DNA of 64,000 bases, from NCBI GenBank assembly GCA_951813575.1, contig OX638375.1, positions 3,882,752 to 3,946,751 of the forward strand. Direction: 5' to 3'. The translations under genes and the position numbers were made by a program. Below the pieces are notes generated by a model. The model had not been told where the DNA came from. It did not search any database and saw nothing but the letters and a program-made list of their open reading frames with translations. Shown here piece after piece: positions 40,092 through 50,336 of the stretch. The DNA comes from Candidatus Binatia bacterium (GTDB lineage Bacteria; Desulfobacterota; Binatia; UBA9968; JAJDTQ01). Positions within the stretch are counted from its first letter, which is position 1; each line of letters begins with the position of its first letter.

Positions 40092-41153
40092 ATGGCCGAT
40101 AACGGAACACTGCCGGGCTGTGAAGTCATTGTCTCGTCGGACTCCCACGTCATGGAGCCGTCGGAGATTCTGGTGGAAAGGGCTCCCAAGGCCTACAGGG
40201 ACCAGGTGCCGCGCTTTCCGCAGTTGAAGTTGGGGGAGAGCTTTCAGACCCAACCGGGCGGATCGGATCCGGACAAGCGCATCACCGAGATGGAAACCGA
40301 CGGGGTGAGCGCGGAGGTGCTGTTTCCGACCTATCTGCTGCCACACTTCGCCATGGACGACGCCAAGCTCCAGGAGGTCTCGTTCAGCGCCTACAACGAC
40401 TGGGTGGTGGAGTACTCCTCGGTGGCGCCCAACCGGCTCGTGGGTGTCGCGGCCATCTCCATGTACGACATCGATCACGCGGTGAAGGAACTCGAGCGCT
40501 GCGCCAAGCAGGGACTCAAGGGCTCGCTCATCTGGCAGGCACCGCACGCGGACCTGCCGTTCCACTCCGACCACTACGAGAAGTTTTGGGCGGCGTCCGC
40601 GGACCTCGAGCTTCCGGTGCACCTGCACATCCTCACCGGCCACGGCTACCACAAGAAGACCGTGTTCGGTAACCAGCGCATCGGCGTCGAGCCCTACCGC
40701 GGCAGCGTCAACCTGAAGCTCCAGGAGATCATCAACGCGGTCTTCGACTTCATCTTCTACGGCATCATGGAGCGCCATCCCAAGCTCAAGTTCGTGTGCG
40801 TGGAGAACGAGATCGGCTGGATGCCCTTCATGCTGCAGCAGTGGGACTACTACTGGAACCGGTTCAAGGGGGAGAACCCCATCTCCATCACCAAGAACCC
40901 CAGTGAGTACTTCAGCGAGCAGTTCTTCGGCACGTTCTTCCGCGACACGGTCGCCGGGCACAACTTCGAGTGGTGGGGCCAGGACAACTGCATGTGGTCC
41001 AACGACTACCCGCACGCCAACTCCACCTGGCCGGACTCCAAGAAGTACATCGACCGCGACCTGGGGCACCTGCCGGCGGACATACGGAAGAAGCTGGTCT
41101 ACACCAACGTCAGGAATCTCTACCAGCTCGATCTCCCCGATCCGGTCCAATAG
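40092..41153 (+). CDS. Amidohydrolase_2 family protein
   Basis: SSDSHVMEP, AYNDW, PVHLHI, ENEIGW and WSNDYPH motifs. Confidence 0.9.
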   Translation: MADNGTLPGCEVIVSSDSHVMEPSEILVERAPKAYRDQVPRFPQLKLGESFQTQPGGSDPDKRITEMETDGVSAEVLFPTYLLPHFAMDDAKLQEVSFSAYNDWVVEYSSVAPNRLVGVAAISMYDIDHAVKELERCAKQGLKGSLIWQAPHADLPFHSDHYEKFWAASADLELPVHLHILTGHGYHKKTVFGNQRIGVEPYRGSVNLKLQEIINAVFDFIFYGIMERHPKLKFVCVENEIGWMPFMLQQWDYYWNRFKGENPISITKNPSEYFSEQFFGTFFRDTVAGHNFEWWGQDNCMWSNDYPHANSTWPDSKKYIDRDLGHLPADIRKKLVYTNVRNLYQLDLPDPVQ

Positions 41154-41164
41154 TCCGAGGGTTC

Positions 41165-41198
41165 GAAAGCCGCCCGCCTCCGGGCGGCTTTCCTTTTT
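41165..41198 (+). terminator. Intrinsic terminator
   Basis: GAAAGCCGCCCG-CCTC-CGGGCGGCTTTC followed by CTTTTT. Confidence 0.7.
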
Positions 41199-41273
41199 CC
41201 GCGGGGATGCGCGACGGAGGCGGGCAGGCTCATCGCGGTGCCCGCAAAGTACCTTGCGTAAAGGGGCAAGCTC

Positions 41274-42392
41274 ATGGCTAGGAACGGTTTTAAAGTACTC
41301 GACAGCGACATGCATATCATGGAACCCCCGGATCTGTGGCATCGGTACATGGCGCCGGAGTTTCAGGCACAGGCTCCGCTGGGGCGCACGTCCGAGAACG
41401 TTCGGGACCTGGGGCTGAGCTTCCCCGACAAGGCGGCTGAAGTGCGCCGCACCGGCACGGAGGAGCATCGTGGCCGCAATTACGAACAGAAACAGAACGT
41501 CTTCCGTGACCACTCCGAAAGGGGCTGGACCGGCGAGGTGCAGCTCGAGGCCATGGACGTGGAGGGCATCGACGCCGCGGTGCTGTTTCCGACCCGGGGC
41601 CTCCATGTGCTCACCTTTCCGGGACACACGCCGCACTTCGCCGCGGCTTTGGCGCGCGCCTACAACGACTGGCTCCACGACTTTTGCCGCGCCGACCCGG
41701 ACCGGCTGTTCGGCGCGGGCATGATCTCGGTCTACGACATCAACGACGCGGTGGAGGAGATTCACCGGGTGGTGGGCGAGTACGGCTTCCGCACGGTCTT
41801 CCTGAGGTCCAACATCGTCAACGGCAAACCCCTGCACGACCCGTACTACGAGCCCCTGTGGAATACCCTGGAGGAATTGGGCCTTCCCATCGGGTTCCAC
41901 GAAGCCACCACTTCCCGCGCGGCCCAGGCCGGCGAGCAGTTCGAGCCCAACTTCGGCCTGAGGCGCGTCTATTCCCAGCCCTTGGAGCAGATGATGGGGC
42001 TCGGGAGCTTTGTTGGCGGCGGCGTGCTCGCGCGTCATCCCAGGCTCCGGGTGGCATTCCTGGAAGCCAACTGCTCGTGGCTGCCGTGGCTTCTCTGGCG
42101 CTTCGACGAGGGTTACGAGCGGGAGGGCGACGTCTACATGCCCGATCTGGACCGGAAACCGAGCGACTACTTCAAGGACCAATGCTGGATTTCCATCGAG
42201 CCGGACGAGACCCCGGCGCGGTTCACCATCGAGGAGTTCGGCTGCGACCAGCTCGTCTTTTCCACCGACTATCCCCACGGCGACTCCAAGTATCCCCACG
42301 CCGTGGAAGGATTCCTGGAACTGGATCTGTCCGATGAGGCAAAGCGCAAGATCCTGTGGGACAATTGCGCACGGTTTTATGGTTTTGAATAG
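41274..42392 (+). CDS. Amidohydrolase_2 family protein
   Basis: DSDMHIMEP, AYNDWL, PIGFHE, FLEANCSW and FSTDYPH motifs. Confidence 0.9.
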   Translation: MARNGFKVLDSDMHIMEPPDLWHRYMAPEFQAQAPLGRTSENVRDLGLSFPDKAAEVRRTGTEEHRGRNYEQKQNVFRDHSERGWTGEVQLEAMDVEGIDAAVLFPTRGLHVLTFPGHTPHFAAALARAYNDWLHDFCRADPDRLFGAGMISVYDINDAVEEIHRVVGEYGFRTVFLRSNIVNGKPLHDPYYEPLWNTLEELGLPIGFHEATTSRAAQAGEQFEPNFGLRRVYSQPLEQMMGLGSFVGGGVLARHPRLRVAFLEANCSWLPWLLWRFDEGYEREGDVYMPDLDRKPSDYFKDQCWISIEPDETPARFTIEEFGCDQLVFSTDYPHGDSKYPHAVEGFLELDLSDEAKRKILWDNCARFYGFE

Positions 42393-42422
42393 TCAGGATT
42401 TCCCGATTTGAAGGAGGGCGCG

Positions 42423-43256
42423 ATGGCGAGACCCCAAGAAGCGGCGCAGCCGGAAACCATTCAGGGCGTGGTCAATTACCTTATAAAAGACACCGAGGCC
42501 CCCGCGAGCTACGGCGGCATGAGCCAGAAGGAGGCCGACCGCAAGCGCCGGGGCAACTACGAGAGCCACGCGGTCACGATCCACAACGCGCGGCTCCTGG
42601 CCGATGAGCTTTCGCTGGAGCGCCAGGGTTTCGTGCTGGTGCGGCACGACACCCTGATGAAGGACTTCTATGACGAAGAAGAGGTACGCACGGTCTACTA
42701 CAAGGAGACCGAGGAGTTGGTGAAGCGTGCCTCGGGGGCGAAGCGCGTGGTGGTGTTCGATCACACGCTGCGCTCGGGCGACGAGGCCACGCGGGAGGCG
42801 AAGCAGGTGGGCGGCCCGGTGCGCGGCGCCCACAACGACTACACGGACTGGTCGGGGCCGCAGCGGGTGCGCGACATCCTGCCGGACGAAGCCGAGGAGC
42901 TGCTCAAGGGCCGGTTCGGCGTGATACAGACCTGGCGGCCCATCAACCGCCCGGTGATACGGGATCCCCTGGCCATCTGCGACGCGCTCAGCACCGGCAT
43001 GGAAGGCGCCATCCCCACCGCGCGCATCTACCCGGACCGGCGCGGCGAGACGCTCCACTACACCTTCAATCCCAACCATTACTGGTACTACTTCCCGCAC
43101 ATGGAACGTCACGAGGCCGTGGTGTTCAAGACCTTCGAGTCCGAGAAGGACGGCCGTGCCCGCTGGACCCTGCACTGCGCCTTCGACGACCCCGACACGC
43201 CTCCGGATGCTCCGGCCCGCGAGAGCATCGAGATGCGCACTCTGGCATTCTTCTAG
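42423..43256 (+). CDS. CmcJ/NvfI (AsaB-like) family oxidoreductase
   Basis: SLERQGF, VFDHTLR, AHNDYT, WRPI, PLAICDA, HCAF and RESIEMR motifs. Confidence 0.8.
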   Translation: MARPQEAAQPETIQGVVNYLIKDTEAPASYGGMSQKEADRKRRGNYESHAVTIHNARLLADELSLERQGFVLVRHDTLMKDFYDEEEVRTVYYKETEELVKRASGAKRVVVFDHTLRSGDEATREAKQVGGPVRGAHNDYTDWSGPQRVRDILPDEAEELLKGRFGVIQTWRPINRPVIRDPLAICDALSTGMEGAIPTARIYPDRRGETLHYTFNPNHYWYYFPHMERHEAVVFKTFESEKDGRARWTLHCAFDDPDTPPDAPARESIEMRTLAFF

Positions 43257-43265
43257 GAGATTTTC

Positions 43266-44741
43266 ATGAGCAACTTCGACGTGGTGGAAACCACCATCGA
43301 CGCGGTCCACAAGGCGTACGAATCGGGGCAGCTGACTCCGCGGGACCTGGTGCAGGCCTACATCGACCGGATCGAGGCCTACGACAAGAAGGGCCCGGCC
43401 CTCAACTGCATCATCACGGTCAACCCCGCCGCCCTGGAGGAAGCCGACCGGCTCGGCGCCTCGCCCCTGACCGGACCGCTTCACGGCATACCCATCGTCT
43501 TCAAGGACCAGGGCGACGCCAAGGGGATGCCCACCACCCTGGGGAGCGTGCTGTTCAAGGATTACTACCCCGACCGCGACTGTTTCGTGGTGGAACAGCT
43601 CAAGAAGGCCGGCGCCATCATCCTGGCCAAGGCCACCCTGGGGGAGTTGGGCGGCGGCGACACCCACGGCTCGCTGTTCGGCTCCAGCCGCAATCCCTAT
43701 GACGTCGAGCGCACGGTGGGGGGCTCCTCCGGCGGCTCCGGCGGCGCCGTGTCCGCCAACTTCGCCACGGTGGCGGTGGGGCAGGAGGGTTACGCCTCCA
43801 TCCGCCGTCCCTCCACCTGGAACTGCGTCGCCGGCATGCGCCCCACTCCGGGGCTCGTGAGCCGGGGCGGCGTGTACGACGGCTGGCCGGACATGACCGG
43901 TTCGCTGGGCCCCATGTGCCGCACGGTGGGCGACATGGCGCGGCTGCTGGACGCGATGGTGGGCTACGACCCCGAGGACCCGGTGACCGCCCGGGGCGTG
44001 GGGCACGTACCCCCGAGCTATACCGACTTCCTGGACGCCAACGGCCTCAAGGGCGCCCGTCTCGGGATCCTGCGCGAGCCCATGGGATACATGGCGGAGC
44101 CGGACACCGACGACTTCCGGCAGATTACCGAAGTGTTCGACAAGGCCGTGGCGGACCTTCAGGCCGCCGGCGCCGAGGTGGTGGATCCGGTGGAGATACC
44201 GCAGCTCAACGAGCTGCTGGCCAAGCGGTCCTGGAACCCCGCCAACGCTGACGCGGCCTTCAAGCTGTACTACGGCCGCAGCGCCAAACGGCCCTTCGAA
44301 TCGCGCCAGGAAGCCATCGATTCCCCGGACTTCGCCAAGGTCCACTACAACGCCCAGAACCGCTGGAAGGCGCCCCTGGACGCGGACAAGCACTACGAGT
44401 ACCTGCTGGCCCGCGAGAAGCTCATGGGCAACCTGCTGAAGGTCATGGCCGACCACCGGCTGGACGCCATCGTGCACAAGTCGGTGGAACACCAGCCCAC
44501 GCTCATCACCGAGGGTATCAAGCCGCCCTGGGTCAACATGAGGGGGGTGCCCCACATCAACACGTTCCTGATCTTCGTCTCGTCGGTGGTGGTGCCCGGG
44601 GGCTTTACCCGGGACGACCTGCCGGCCGGGATCACCTTTCTCGGACGGCCCTACGACGACGGCCGCATGATCAAGTTCGCCTACGCCTACGAGCAGGCCA
44701 CGAACCACCGCAAGCCGCCGGCCACCACGCCCGCGCTGTGA
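43266..44741 (+). CDS. Amidase signature family protein
   Basis: GPLHGIPIVFKD, NPYDVERTVGGSSGGSG and ASIRRPS (Lys-cisSer-Ser triad). Confidence 0.9.
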   Translation: MSNFDVVETTIDAVHKAYESGQLTPRDLVQAYIDRIEAYDKKGPALNCIITVNPAALEEADRLGASPLTGPLHGIPIVFKDQGDAKGMPTTLGSVLFKDYYPDRDCFVVEQLKKAGAIILAKATLGELGGGDTHGSLFGSSRNPYDVERTVGGSSGGSGGAVSANFATVAVGQEGYASIRRPSTWNCVAGMRPTPGLVSRGGVYDGWPDMTGSLGPMCRTVGDMARLLDAMVGYDPEDPVTARGVGHVPPSYTDFLDANGLKGARLGILREPMGYMAEPDTDDFRQITEVFDKAVADLQAAGAEVVDPVEIPQLNELLAKRSWNPANADAAFKLYYGRSAKRPFESRQEAIDSPDFAKVHYNAQNRWKAPLDADKHYEYLLAREKLMGNLLKVMADHRLDAIVHKSVEHQPTLITEGIKPPWVNMRGVPHINTFLIFVSSVVVPGGFTRDDLPAGITFLGRPYDDGRMIKFAYAYEQATNHRKPPATTPAL

Positions 44742-44763
44742 CCGCCGTGCAGGACGTCTCATG

Positions 44764-45082
44764 CCGTCATTCCCGCTCCTCCTCCGGCATTCCGCATCGC
44801 CCTCCGTCATTCCCGCTCCTCCTCCGTCATTCCCGCTCCTCCTCCGTCATTCCCGCGAAAGCGGGAATCCAGGAGGGGTGGGGCGGGGAGCCGCGTGCCC
44901 ATCTCCCCCCTCCTGGATTCCCGCTTTCGCGGGAACGACGGAGGGCCTGGATTCCCGCTTTCGCGGGAACGACGGAGGGCCTGGATTCCCGCTTTCGCGG
45001 GAACGACGGAGGGCCTGGATTCCCGTGTTCGCGGGAAATGACGGAGGGCCTGGATTCCCGTGTTCGCGGGAAATGACGGAGG
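44764..45082. repeat. REP-like family B cluster: four 20-bp partial copies, one full palindrome (44846-44872) and five inverted 34-35-bp tandem copies
   Basis: GTCATTCCCGCGAAAGCGGGAATCCAG. Left units CCTCCGTCATTCCCGCTCCT; right units CCTGGATTCCCGCTTTCGCGGGAACGACGGAGGG. Confidence 0.9.
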
Positions 45083-45157
45083 GGTGTGCGGGGGAGTGAC
45101 AGGACGGGGAGACATGGCGGTCGTTAGTTGTTTCAAGGCAACGGGAAAGGACTGAGG

Positions 45158-45712
45158 ATGCCCCGCATACCCGAGCTCACCGAACGGGAGGCCATACCGG
45201 AGGACCAGCGCCACCACTACGACTCCATCATGGCCAGCCGGAAGCGAATCGGAGCGCCCTACGCCAACCTGCTCCACTGCCCGGACCTGGCCGCCCGCAC
45301 GGCGCATCTGGTGGGATATTCGCTGCATACCTCGGATTTTCCGCTGAAGGAGAAGGAACTGGTCATCTGCACGGTGGCGCGGGAGATGGACTGTGTCTAC
45401 GAGTGGGCCGCCCACTCGGGCCACGCCCTGGAAGCCGGGGTACGGGAGGAGGCGGTGGCGGCCATCCGTGACGGCACCGCTCCCGAGGGCCTCGACGAGG
45501 ACGAGGCGCCGTTCGTGAAGTACGTACAGGAACTGCTCCGGCCGCCGCACCGCGTCACCGAGGCGACCTTTCAGGCACTGCGGGAGCGCCTGGGGGACCA
45601 CCGGCTGGCCGAGCTCACGGGCATCGTCGGGGGTTACGTGGGCCTTGCCTGCTCCCTCAACGCGTTCGATATCGGCGCGCCCGAAGGCATGCCGGTCCTT
45701 CCCAAGGAGTGA
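45158..45712 (+). CDS. Carboxymuconolactone decarboxylase/AhpD-like protein
   Basis: LLHCPDLA, KELVICTVAREMDCVYEWAAH and ELTGIVGGY...LNAF. Confidence 0.8.
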   Translation: MPRIPELTEREAIPEDQRHHYDSIMASRKRIGAPYANLLHCPDLAARTAHLVGYSLHTSDFPLKEKELVICTVAREMDCVYEWAAHSGHALEAGVREEAVAAIRDGTAPEGLDEDEAPFVKYVQELLRPPHRVTEATFQALRERLGDHRLAELTGIVGGYVGLACSLNAFDIGAPEGMPVLPKE

Positions 45713-46773
45713 ACACGGTGCCCGTAGCCTACCGCGCGCCCGAGTTCGACGCCGCTGCCCGGAGCGGCATACCCGTGCTGGAAGTCGGCGACTTTCTTGC
45801 CGGTGTTGCCGGCGCCCGGGAACGGTTGGCGGCCGAGTTGCGCCGTGCCCTCGAGCACGTGGGTTTCTACTACATCCACGGCCACGACGTACCCCAGGCC
45901 CTCATCGACGGCGTCTTTGCCGAGTGCGCCCGTTTCCACGCCCGGCCCCTGGCCGAGAAGATGGCGGTGCGCGGCAACGAGCACAACGTGGGATACATGC
46001 CGGTGAACGGCTACGTGTCCCGGAGCTCCCGGGTGGAGAAGGCCACGCGGCCCAACTTCGTCGAGGCGTACTTCCTAAAGCGGGACCTGCCCCAGGACCA
46101 TCCGGACGTGGTGGCGAACGTGCGCTACCGCTGCGCCAACCCCTGGCCCGACCCTCGCGTCCTGCCGGGGTTCCGTGAGACGGTGGTGGCCTATCTCGAC
46201 GCCGTGGAACGGCTCTGCAAGCGCATGCTGCCGCTCTACGCGGCCGCGCTGGATCTTTCGCCGGACTACTTCGACGCGGCCTTCGCCGAACCCCAGTACA
46301 CCCTGAGGATGTCGCACTACCCGCCGGCCGAGCACGGCGACGCGGACCAGTACGGGCTGGCGCCGCACACGGACTCGAGCTTCCTCACCATGTTGCCGCA
46401 GTCGGAGCTGCCCGGTCTGGCCATCCGCATGCCATCGGGCGAGTGGACCGATGCGCCGGCGGCGCCCGGCACCTTTCTGGTCAATTCCGGCGACATGCTG
46501 CGCCGGTGGACCAACCACCGGTTCCTGTCCACCCAGCACCGGGTGGTGAACCGCAACGCGGGACGGGACCGCTACGCCATCCCGTTCTTCTTCGACGCGA
46601 CCCACGATTTCGCCATGGAGTGCCTGCCCACATGCCAGGGGCCGGACAACCCGCCCCGCTACGAGCCCACCACCTACGGCGAGTACATGCGCTGGTTCGC
46701 GCGGCAGTATGACCATGTGCGGGATCGCGACCGCCATGAGCCCGAAGACCCGGGCGTGCCCACGGTCGGATAG
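45709..46773 (+). CDS. Isopenicillin N synthase-like 2OG-Fe(II) oxygenase
   Basis: VGFYYIHGH, PHTDSSFLT, VNSGDMLRRWTN, HRV and RYAIPFF motifs. Confidence 0.9.
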   Translation: MNTVPVAYRAPEFDAAARSGIPVLEVGDFLAGVAGARERLAAELRRALEHVGFYYIHGHDVPQALIDGVFAECARFHARPLAEKMAVRGNEHNVGYMPVNGYVSRSSRVEKATRPNFVEAYFLKRDLPQDHPDVVANVRYRCANPWPDPRVLPGFRETVVAYLDAVERLCKRMLPLYAAALDLSPDYFDAAFAEPQYTLRMSHYPPAEHGDADQYGLAPHTDSSFLTMLPQSELPGLAIRMPSGEWTDAPAAPGTFLVNSGDMLRRWTNHRFLSTQHRVVNRNAGRDRYAIPFFFDATHDFAMECLPTCQGPDNPPRYEPTTYGEYMRWFARQYDHVRDRDRHEPEDPGVPTVG

Positions 46774-46833
46774 TTCGCGGACCGGACACCGAGCGTCAAT
46801 ATTAAGACAAGATGTCAATTTGGTAACAGGTTC

Positions 46834-47025
46834 TGTGGAAAAACCCTGTGTATATCTCCTGAAGGCGAGCGAAATGGCCCTGTTCATCCGGGATTCAGCG
46901 GATTGCATCATTTTTGCGCACTGATTTTTCGTGGAAAACCGAATAGTTGCGAAGATTGGGTTTCGGTGGACCTCGGGGGTACGCGGCGCCGGCCGGACGG
47001 CCGATTTGCCGCTAAGTTATTGATT
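46834..47025. promoter_or_regulatory. AT-richer intergenic region with three DnaA-box-like 9-mers and an IHF consensus match
   Basis: TGTGGAAAA (46834), TGTGTATAT (46847) and CGTGGAAAA (46930). TAAGTTATTGATT (47013-47025) is the reverse complement of a WATCAANNNNTTR match. Confidence 0.4.
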
Positions 47026-47036
47026 TCCAATAGACT

Positions 47037-49151
47037 ATGAGCTTGAACGCCAACCTGCGCGCATTGCTTCGACCCGGATCGGTAGCCGTGGTGGGCGCAT
47101 CCCCAAAGGGAGGCACCGGTGGACGGATCCTGGGAAACGTCCTCGCGTCGGGCTTCCGGGGGACGGTCTATCCGGTGAATCCCAACTACACGGAGGTCCA
47201 GGGCAAGACCTGCTATCCGTCCATCGCCGGGCTCCCGGAGGCGCCGGACTGCGTGGTGGTGGCGTTGCCCGTCACCCGCGTGCTCGGGGTCATCGAGGAA
47301 GCGGTGGCGGCCGGTGTGCCCTCCGGCATCGTGGTGGCCGAGGGGTTCTCGGATGGGAATACCGACGCCGGCCGGCGTCGCCAGCAGGAGCTTCAGCGGT
47401 TGGCCGCCGCCGGCAACATGGCCGTCACCGGTCCCTGCTGCATGGGGGTGGCGAGTCTCCGGTACGGCTTCGCCAACTCCTATTTCTCGATTCCGGAGGA
47501 CGCGGTCCCGGGCGGCGTGTCGCTCATCTCCCAGAGCGGCGGATTGACCAACGCCGTCACCGAGCTGGGCGCCAGCCGCAACATCGGCTTCAACTACATC
47601 ATCTCCAGCGGCAACGAGGCGGTGGTGGAGATGGCCGACTACATCGAGTACTTGGCCGACGATCCCGAGACCCGGGTCATCGCCTGCATCATGGAGGGGG
47701 CGAAGGACGGCACCAAGCTCCGCCGGGTGCTGGCGGCCGCCACGCGGAAGAAACCCGTGGTGGTGCTGAAGCTCGGCCGCACCGAGTCGGGGCAACGGGC
47801 CACGGTGGCCCACACCGGCACCCTGGCCGGTCAGCAGGAAGCCTACGCGGCGCTGTTCCGCGAGACCGGCGTGGCCCCGGTGGAAACCCTCGACGAGCTG
47901 GTGGAGACCGCCGGTCTTTTCCTGCACGGACGCCTTCCGGCGGGGAAACGGGTCGTCTTCCTCACCATTTCCGGTGGGGCCACGGCCCTCATCAGCGACG
48001 TCAACGCCGTGGCGGGACTCCAGTGCCCGCCCTTGTCCCCGGCCGTCAACGCGAAGCTCCAGGCAACCCTGGGCGTGTCGGATCGCCCGTTCAGCAACCC
48101 CATCGACACCGTGGGGATGCCGCGAATCGAGCAGGGGACGAATCTCACCACGGTGCTCGACCTGCTGCTGAACGACGACGCCATCGACCTCGTGGGCATG
48201 GCCCTGAGCGTCAAGCGGACCACGGCTCCCGGGCAGCAGAAGCTGCTGGACCAGGTGGCCGCGTGCGCCAAGACCACGCCAAAGCCCCTGTTCGTGCTGT
48301 CGCTGGCCTCCAACAGCCTCACCGGCGACTGCCGGACCTTTTCCGGCGAGACCGGGGTTCCCATACTGGAGGACGTGGCCGGCGGCATGAAGGCCGTGCG
48401 CAAGCTCGTGGACTACGCGGCGTTCCGCCGCAAGGAGAAGCCGGCCCGGAAACCGGCGGCATCGGTGGGTTTCCGGCCCCCGGACGGCGCGGCCGCCCTC
48501 ACGGAGTACGACAGCAAGCGGATACTCGCGCGTACGGGGATCACCATGACGCGGGAGGAACTCGCCGGGGGTCCCGAGCAGGCCGTCGAGATCGCGGCCG
48601 GCCTGGGCCATCCGGTGGCGCTGAAGGTCCAGTCGCCCGACGTGCCCCACAAGTCGGATGCCGGCGGCGTCCATCTGGGAGCCGCTACCGCCGAGGAAGT
48701 GGCGACGGCGTACCTTCGCGTGATCGGGAACGTCAAGGCGGCCCACCCCGACGCCCGCATCGACGGCGTGCTGGTGCAGGAGATGGTCTCCGATGGCCTG
48801 GAGGTCATCGTCGGCATGGTGCACGACGCACAGTTCGGGCCGCTGGTGATGCTGGGGCTGGGGGGCATCTACGTGGAAGTGTTCAAGGACGCCGCCTTCC
48901 GGCTGGCGCCGCTGGACGACGAGGACGTGCGCGAGATGCTGGCGGAGTTGAGGGGCGGGGCGCTGCTGCGCGGTCTCCGGGGCGGGGAGCCCCGGGACGT
49001 GGACGCCCTGGTGCAGTGCGTGGTCCGCTTCGGTGACTTCGTGGCGCACAACGCCGGCCGGTTCACCGCCGTCGAGATGAACCCGTTGATGGTCCGTCCC
49101 GAGGGCCGCGGGGTGGCGGTGGCCGACGCGCTGATCACGGTATCCGGATAG
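47037..49151 (+). CDS. ADP-forming acyl-CoA synthetase (acetate-CoA ligase family, CoA-binding plus ATP-grasp domains)
   Basis: SVAVVGAS, YPVNP, SQSGG, SGNEA, AHTGTLAG, HKSDAGGV and EMNPL motifs. Confidence 0.9.
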   Translation: MSLNANLRALLRPGSVAVVGASPKGGTGGRILGNVLASGFRGTVYPVNPNYTEVQGKTCYPSIAGLPEAPDCVVVALPVTRVLGVIEEAVAAGVPSGIVVAEGFSDGNTDAGRRRQQELQRLAAAGNMAVTGPCCMGVASLRYGFANSYFSIPEDAVPGGVSLISQSGGLTNAVTELGASRNIGFNYIISSGNEAVVEMADYIEYLADDPETRVIACIMEGAKDGTKLRRVLAAATRKKPVVVLKLGRTESGQRATVAHTGTLAGQQEAYAALFRETGVAPVETLDELVETAGLFLHGRLPAGKRVVFLTISGGATALISDVNAVAGLQCPPLSPAVNAKLQATLGVSDRPFSNPIDTVGMPRIEQGTNLTTVLDLLLNDDAIDLVGMALSVKRTTAPGQQKLLDQVAACAKTTPKPLFVLSLASNSLTGDCRTFSGETGVPILEDVAGGMKAVRKLVDYAAFRRKEKPARKPAASVGFRPPDGAAALTEYDSKRILARTGITMTREELAGGPEQAVEIAAGLGHPVALKVQSPDVPHKSDAGGVHLGAATAEEVATAYLRVIGNVKAAHPDARIDGVLVQEMVSDGLEVIVGMVHDAQFGPLVMLGLGGIYVEVFKDAAFRLAPLDDEDVREMLAELRGGALLRGLRGGEPRDVDALVQCVVRFGDFVAHNAGRFTAVEMNPLMVRPEGRGVAVADALITVSG

Positions 49152-49173
49152 TTTCAGCCCACAAGGAGCTTTG

Positions 49174-49974
49174 ATGACCTACGACAACATCCTATACGAC
49201 GTGACCGATCACGTGGCCACCATCACCCTCAACCGCCCGGAGTCGATGAACGCCATCAACTACAAAACCCGGGACGAGTTGCACGACGCCTGCGCCCGAG
49301 TATCTGCCGATCCGGACGTGTGGGTGTGCATCATCACCGGTGCCGGGGAACGGGCTTTCTGCACCGGGCTCGACTTGAAGGAGCGGGCGCGGGAAGTGGA
49401 CGATTCGACGTTTTTCGAGAAGCGACGGGTACGCAACCGGTCGAGCATGCAGGGCCAGAACATGCCGGTGGCGACGATGGAAAAACCCACCATCGCGTCC
49501 ATCAGGGGCTACGCCGTGGGCGGCGGCCTGGAACTGGCCCTGGCCTGCGACATCCGGGTCGCCGCCGAGGACGCCAAGCTCGGCATGTTCGAGGTGCGCC
49601 GCGGCCGGCTCGGCGGCGGCGGCGGCACCCAACGCCTGCCGCGCCTCGTCGGCATGGCGAAGGCGCTGGAGATGTCGCTCACCGGCGAGGCCGTGGACGC
49701 CCACGAAGCGTTTCGCATCGGCCTCGTGAACAAGGTGGCGCCGGTGGACAGCTACATGGACGTGGCCCGGGAGATAGCGGGCAAGATTTGCCTCGGCGCG
49801 CCGCTGTCGGTCATCGCCATCAAGGAAGCCATCACCAAGGGAATACAGCTTCCGCTCGAGCAGGGTCTCAGGCTCGAGAGCGAGCTGGGGCTGGCGCTCT
49901 CCACCACCGAGGACCAGAAAGAAGGCTCCCGCGCCTTTGCCGAGAAGCGCCCGGCGGTGTGGAAGGCGCGGTAG
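49174..49974 (+). CDS. Enoyl-CoA hydratase/isomerase
   Basis: [32 protein letters not shown] and GGTQRLPR motifs. Confidence 0.9.
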   Translation: MTYDNILYDVTDHVATITLNRPESMNAINYKTRDELHDACARVSADPDVWVCIITGAGERAFCTGLDLKERAREVDDSTFFEKRRVRNRSSMQGQNMPVATMEKPTIASIRGYAVGGGLELALACDIRVAAEDAKLGMFEVRRGRLGGGGGTQRLPRLVGMAKALEMSLTGEAVDAHEAFRIGLVNKVAPVDSYMDVAREIAGKICLGAPLSVIAIKEAITKGIQLPLEQGLRLESELGLALSTTEDQKEGSRAFAEKRPAVWKAR

Positions 49975-50042
49975 CGCCGGGAGCCGCAACTGCGTCATCC
50001 CGGACTTGCAGAACATCGTGAACTTGCGGAACATTGTCATGG

Positions 50043-50336
50043 ACCACGAAATGCCGTCCCGGCCCTCTAAAACGTCGCCCCGGGCCCCGAAAATGGCGCC
50101 CCGGGCCCCTAAAACGTCGCCGCGGGCCCCGAAGCTGGCACCGTGGGCCTCTAAAACGTCGCCGCGGGCCCCGGAAATGGCACCGTGGGCCTCTAAAACG
50201 TCGCCGCGGGCCCCGGAAATGGCACCGTGGGCCTCTGAAACGTCACCGCGGGCCCCGAAAATGACACCGTGGGCCTCTGAAACGTCGCCGCGGGCCCCGA
50301 AAATGACACCGTGGGCCTCCAAAACGTCACCCCGGG
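50043..50336. repeat. Tandem array of 42-bp units made of two alternating 21-mers (six full units plus partial copies) ending in the REP A outer end
   Basis: CCTCTAAAACGTCGCCGCGGG alternates with CCCCGGAAATGGCACCGTGGG; the last unit CCTCCAAAACGTCACCCCGGG runs into the REP. Confidence 0.9.

Noticed and set aside
44913-45082. CRISPR array of 34-bp palindromic repeats
   Set aside because: The repeats abut each other with no variable spacers.
44738-45099. ORFs 44738..45076 and 44761..45099
   Set aside because: They are translations of the REP B cluster (WIPAFAG and LDSRFRGND repeats), not credible proteins.
46774-47036. Chromosomal oriC
   Set aside because: Only three box-like motifs, no clear unwinding element, and no dnaA, dnaN or gidA nearby; kept only as a low-interest finding.
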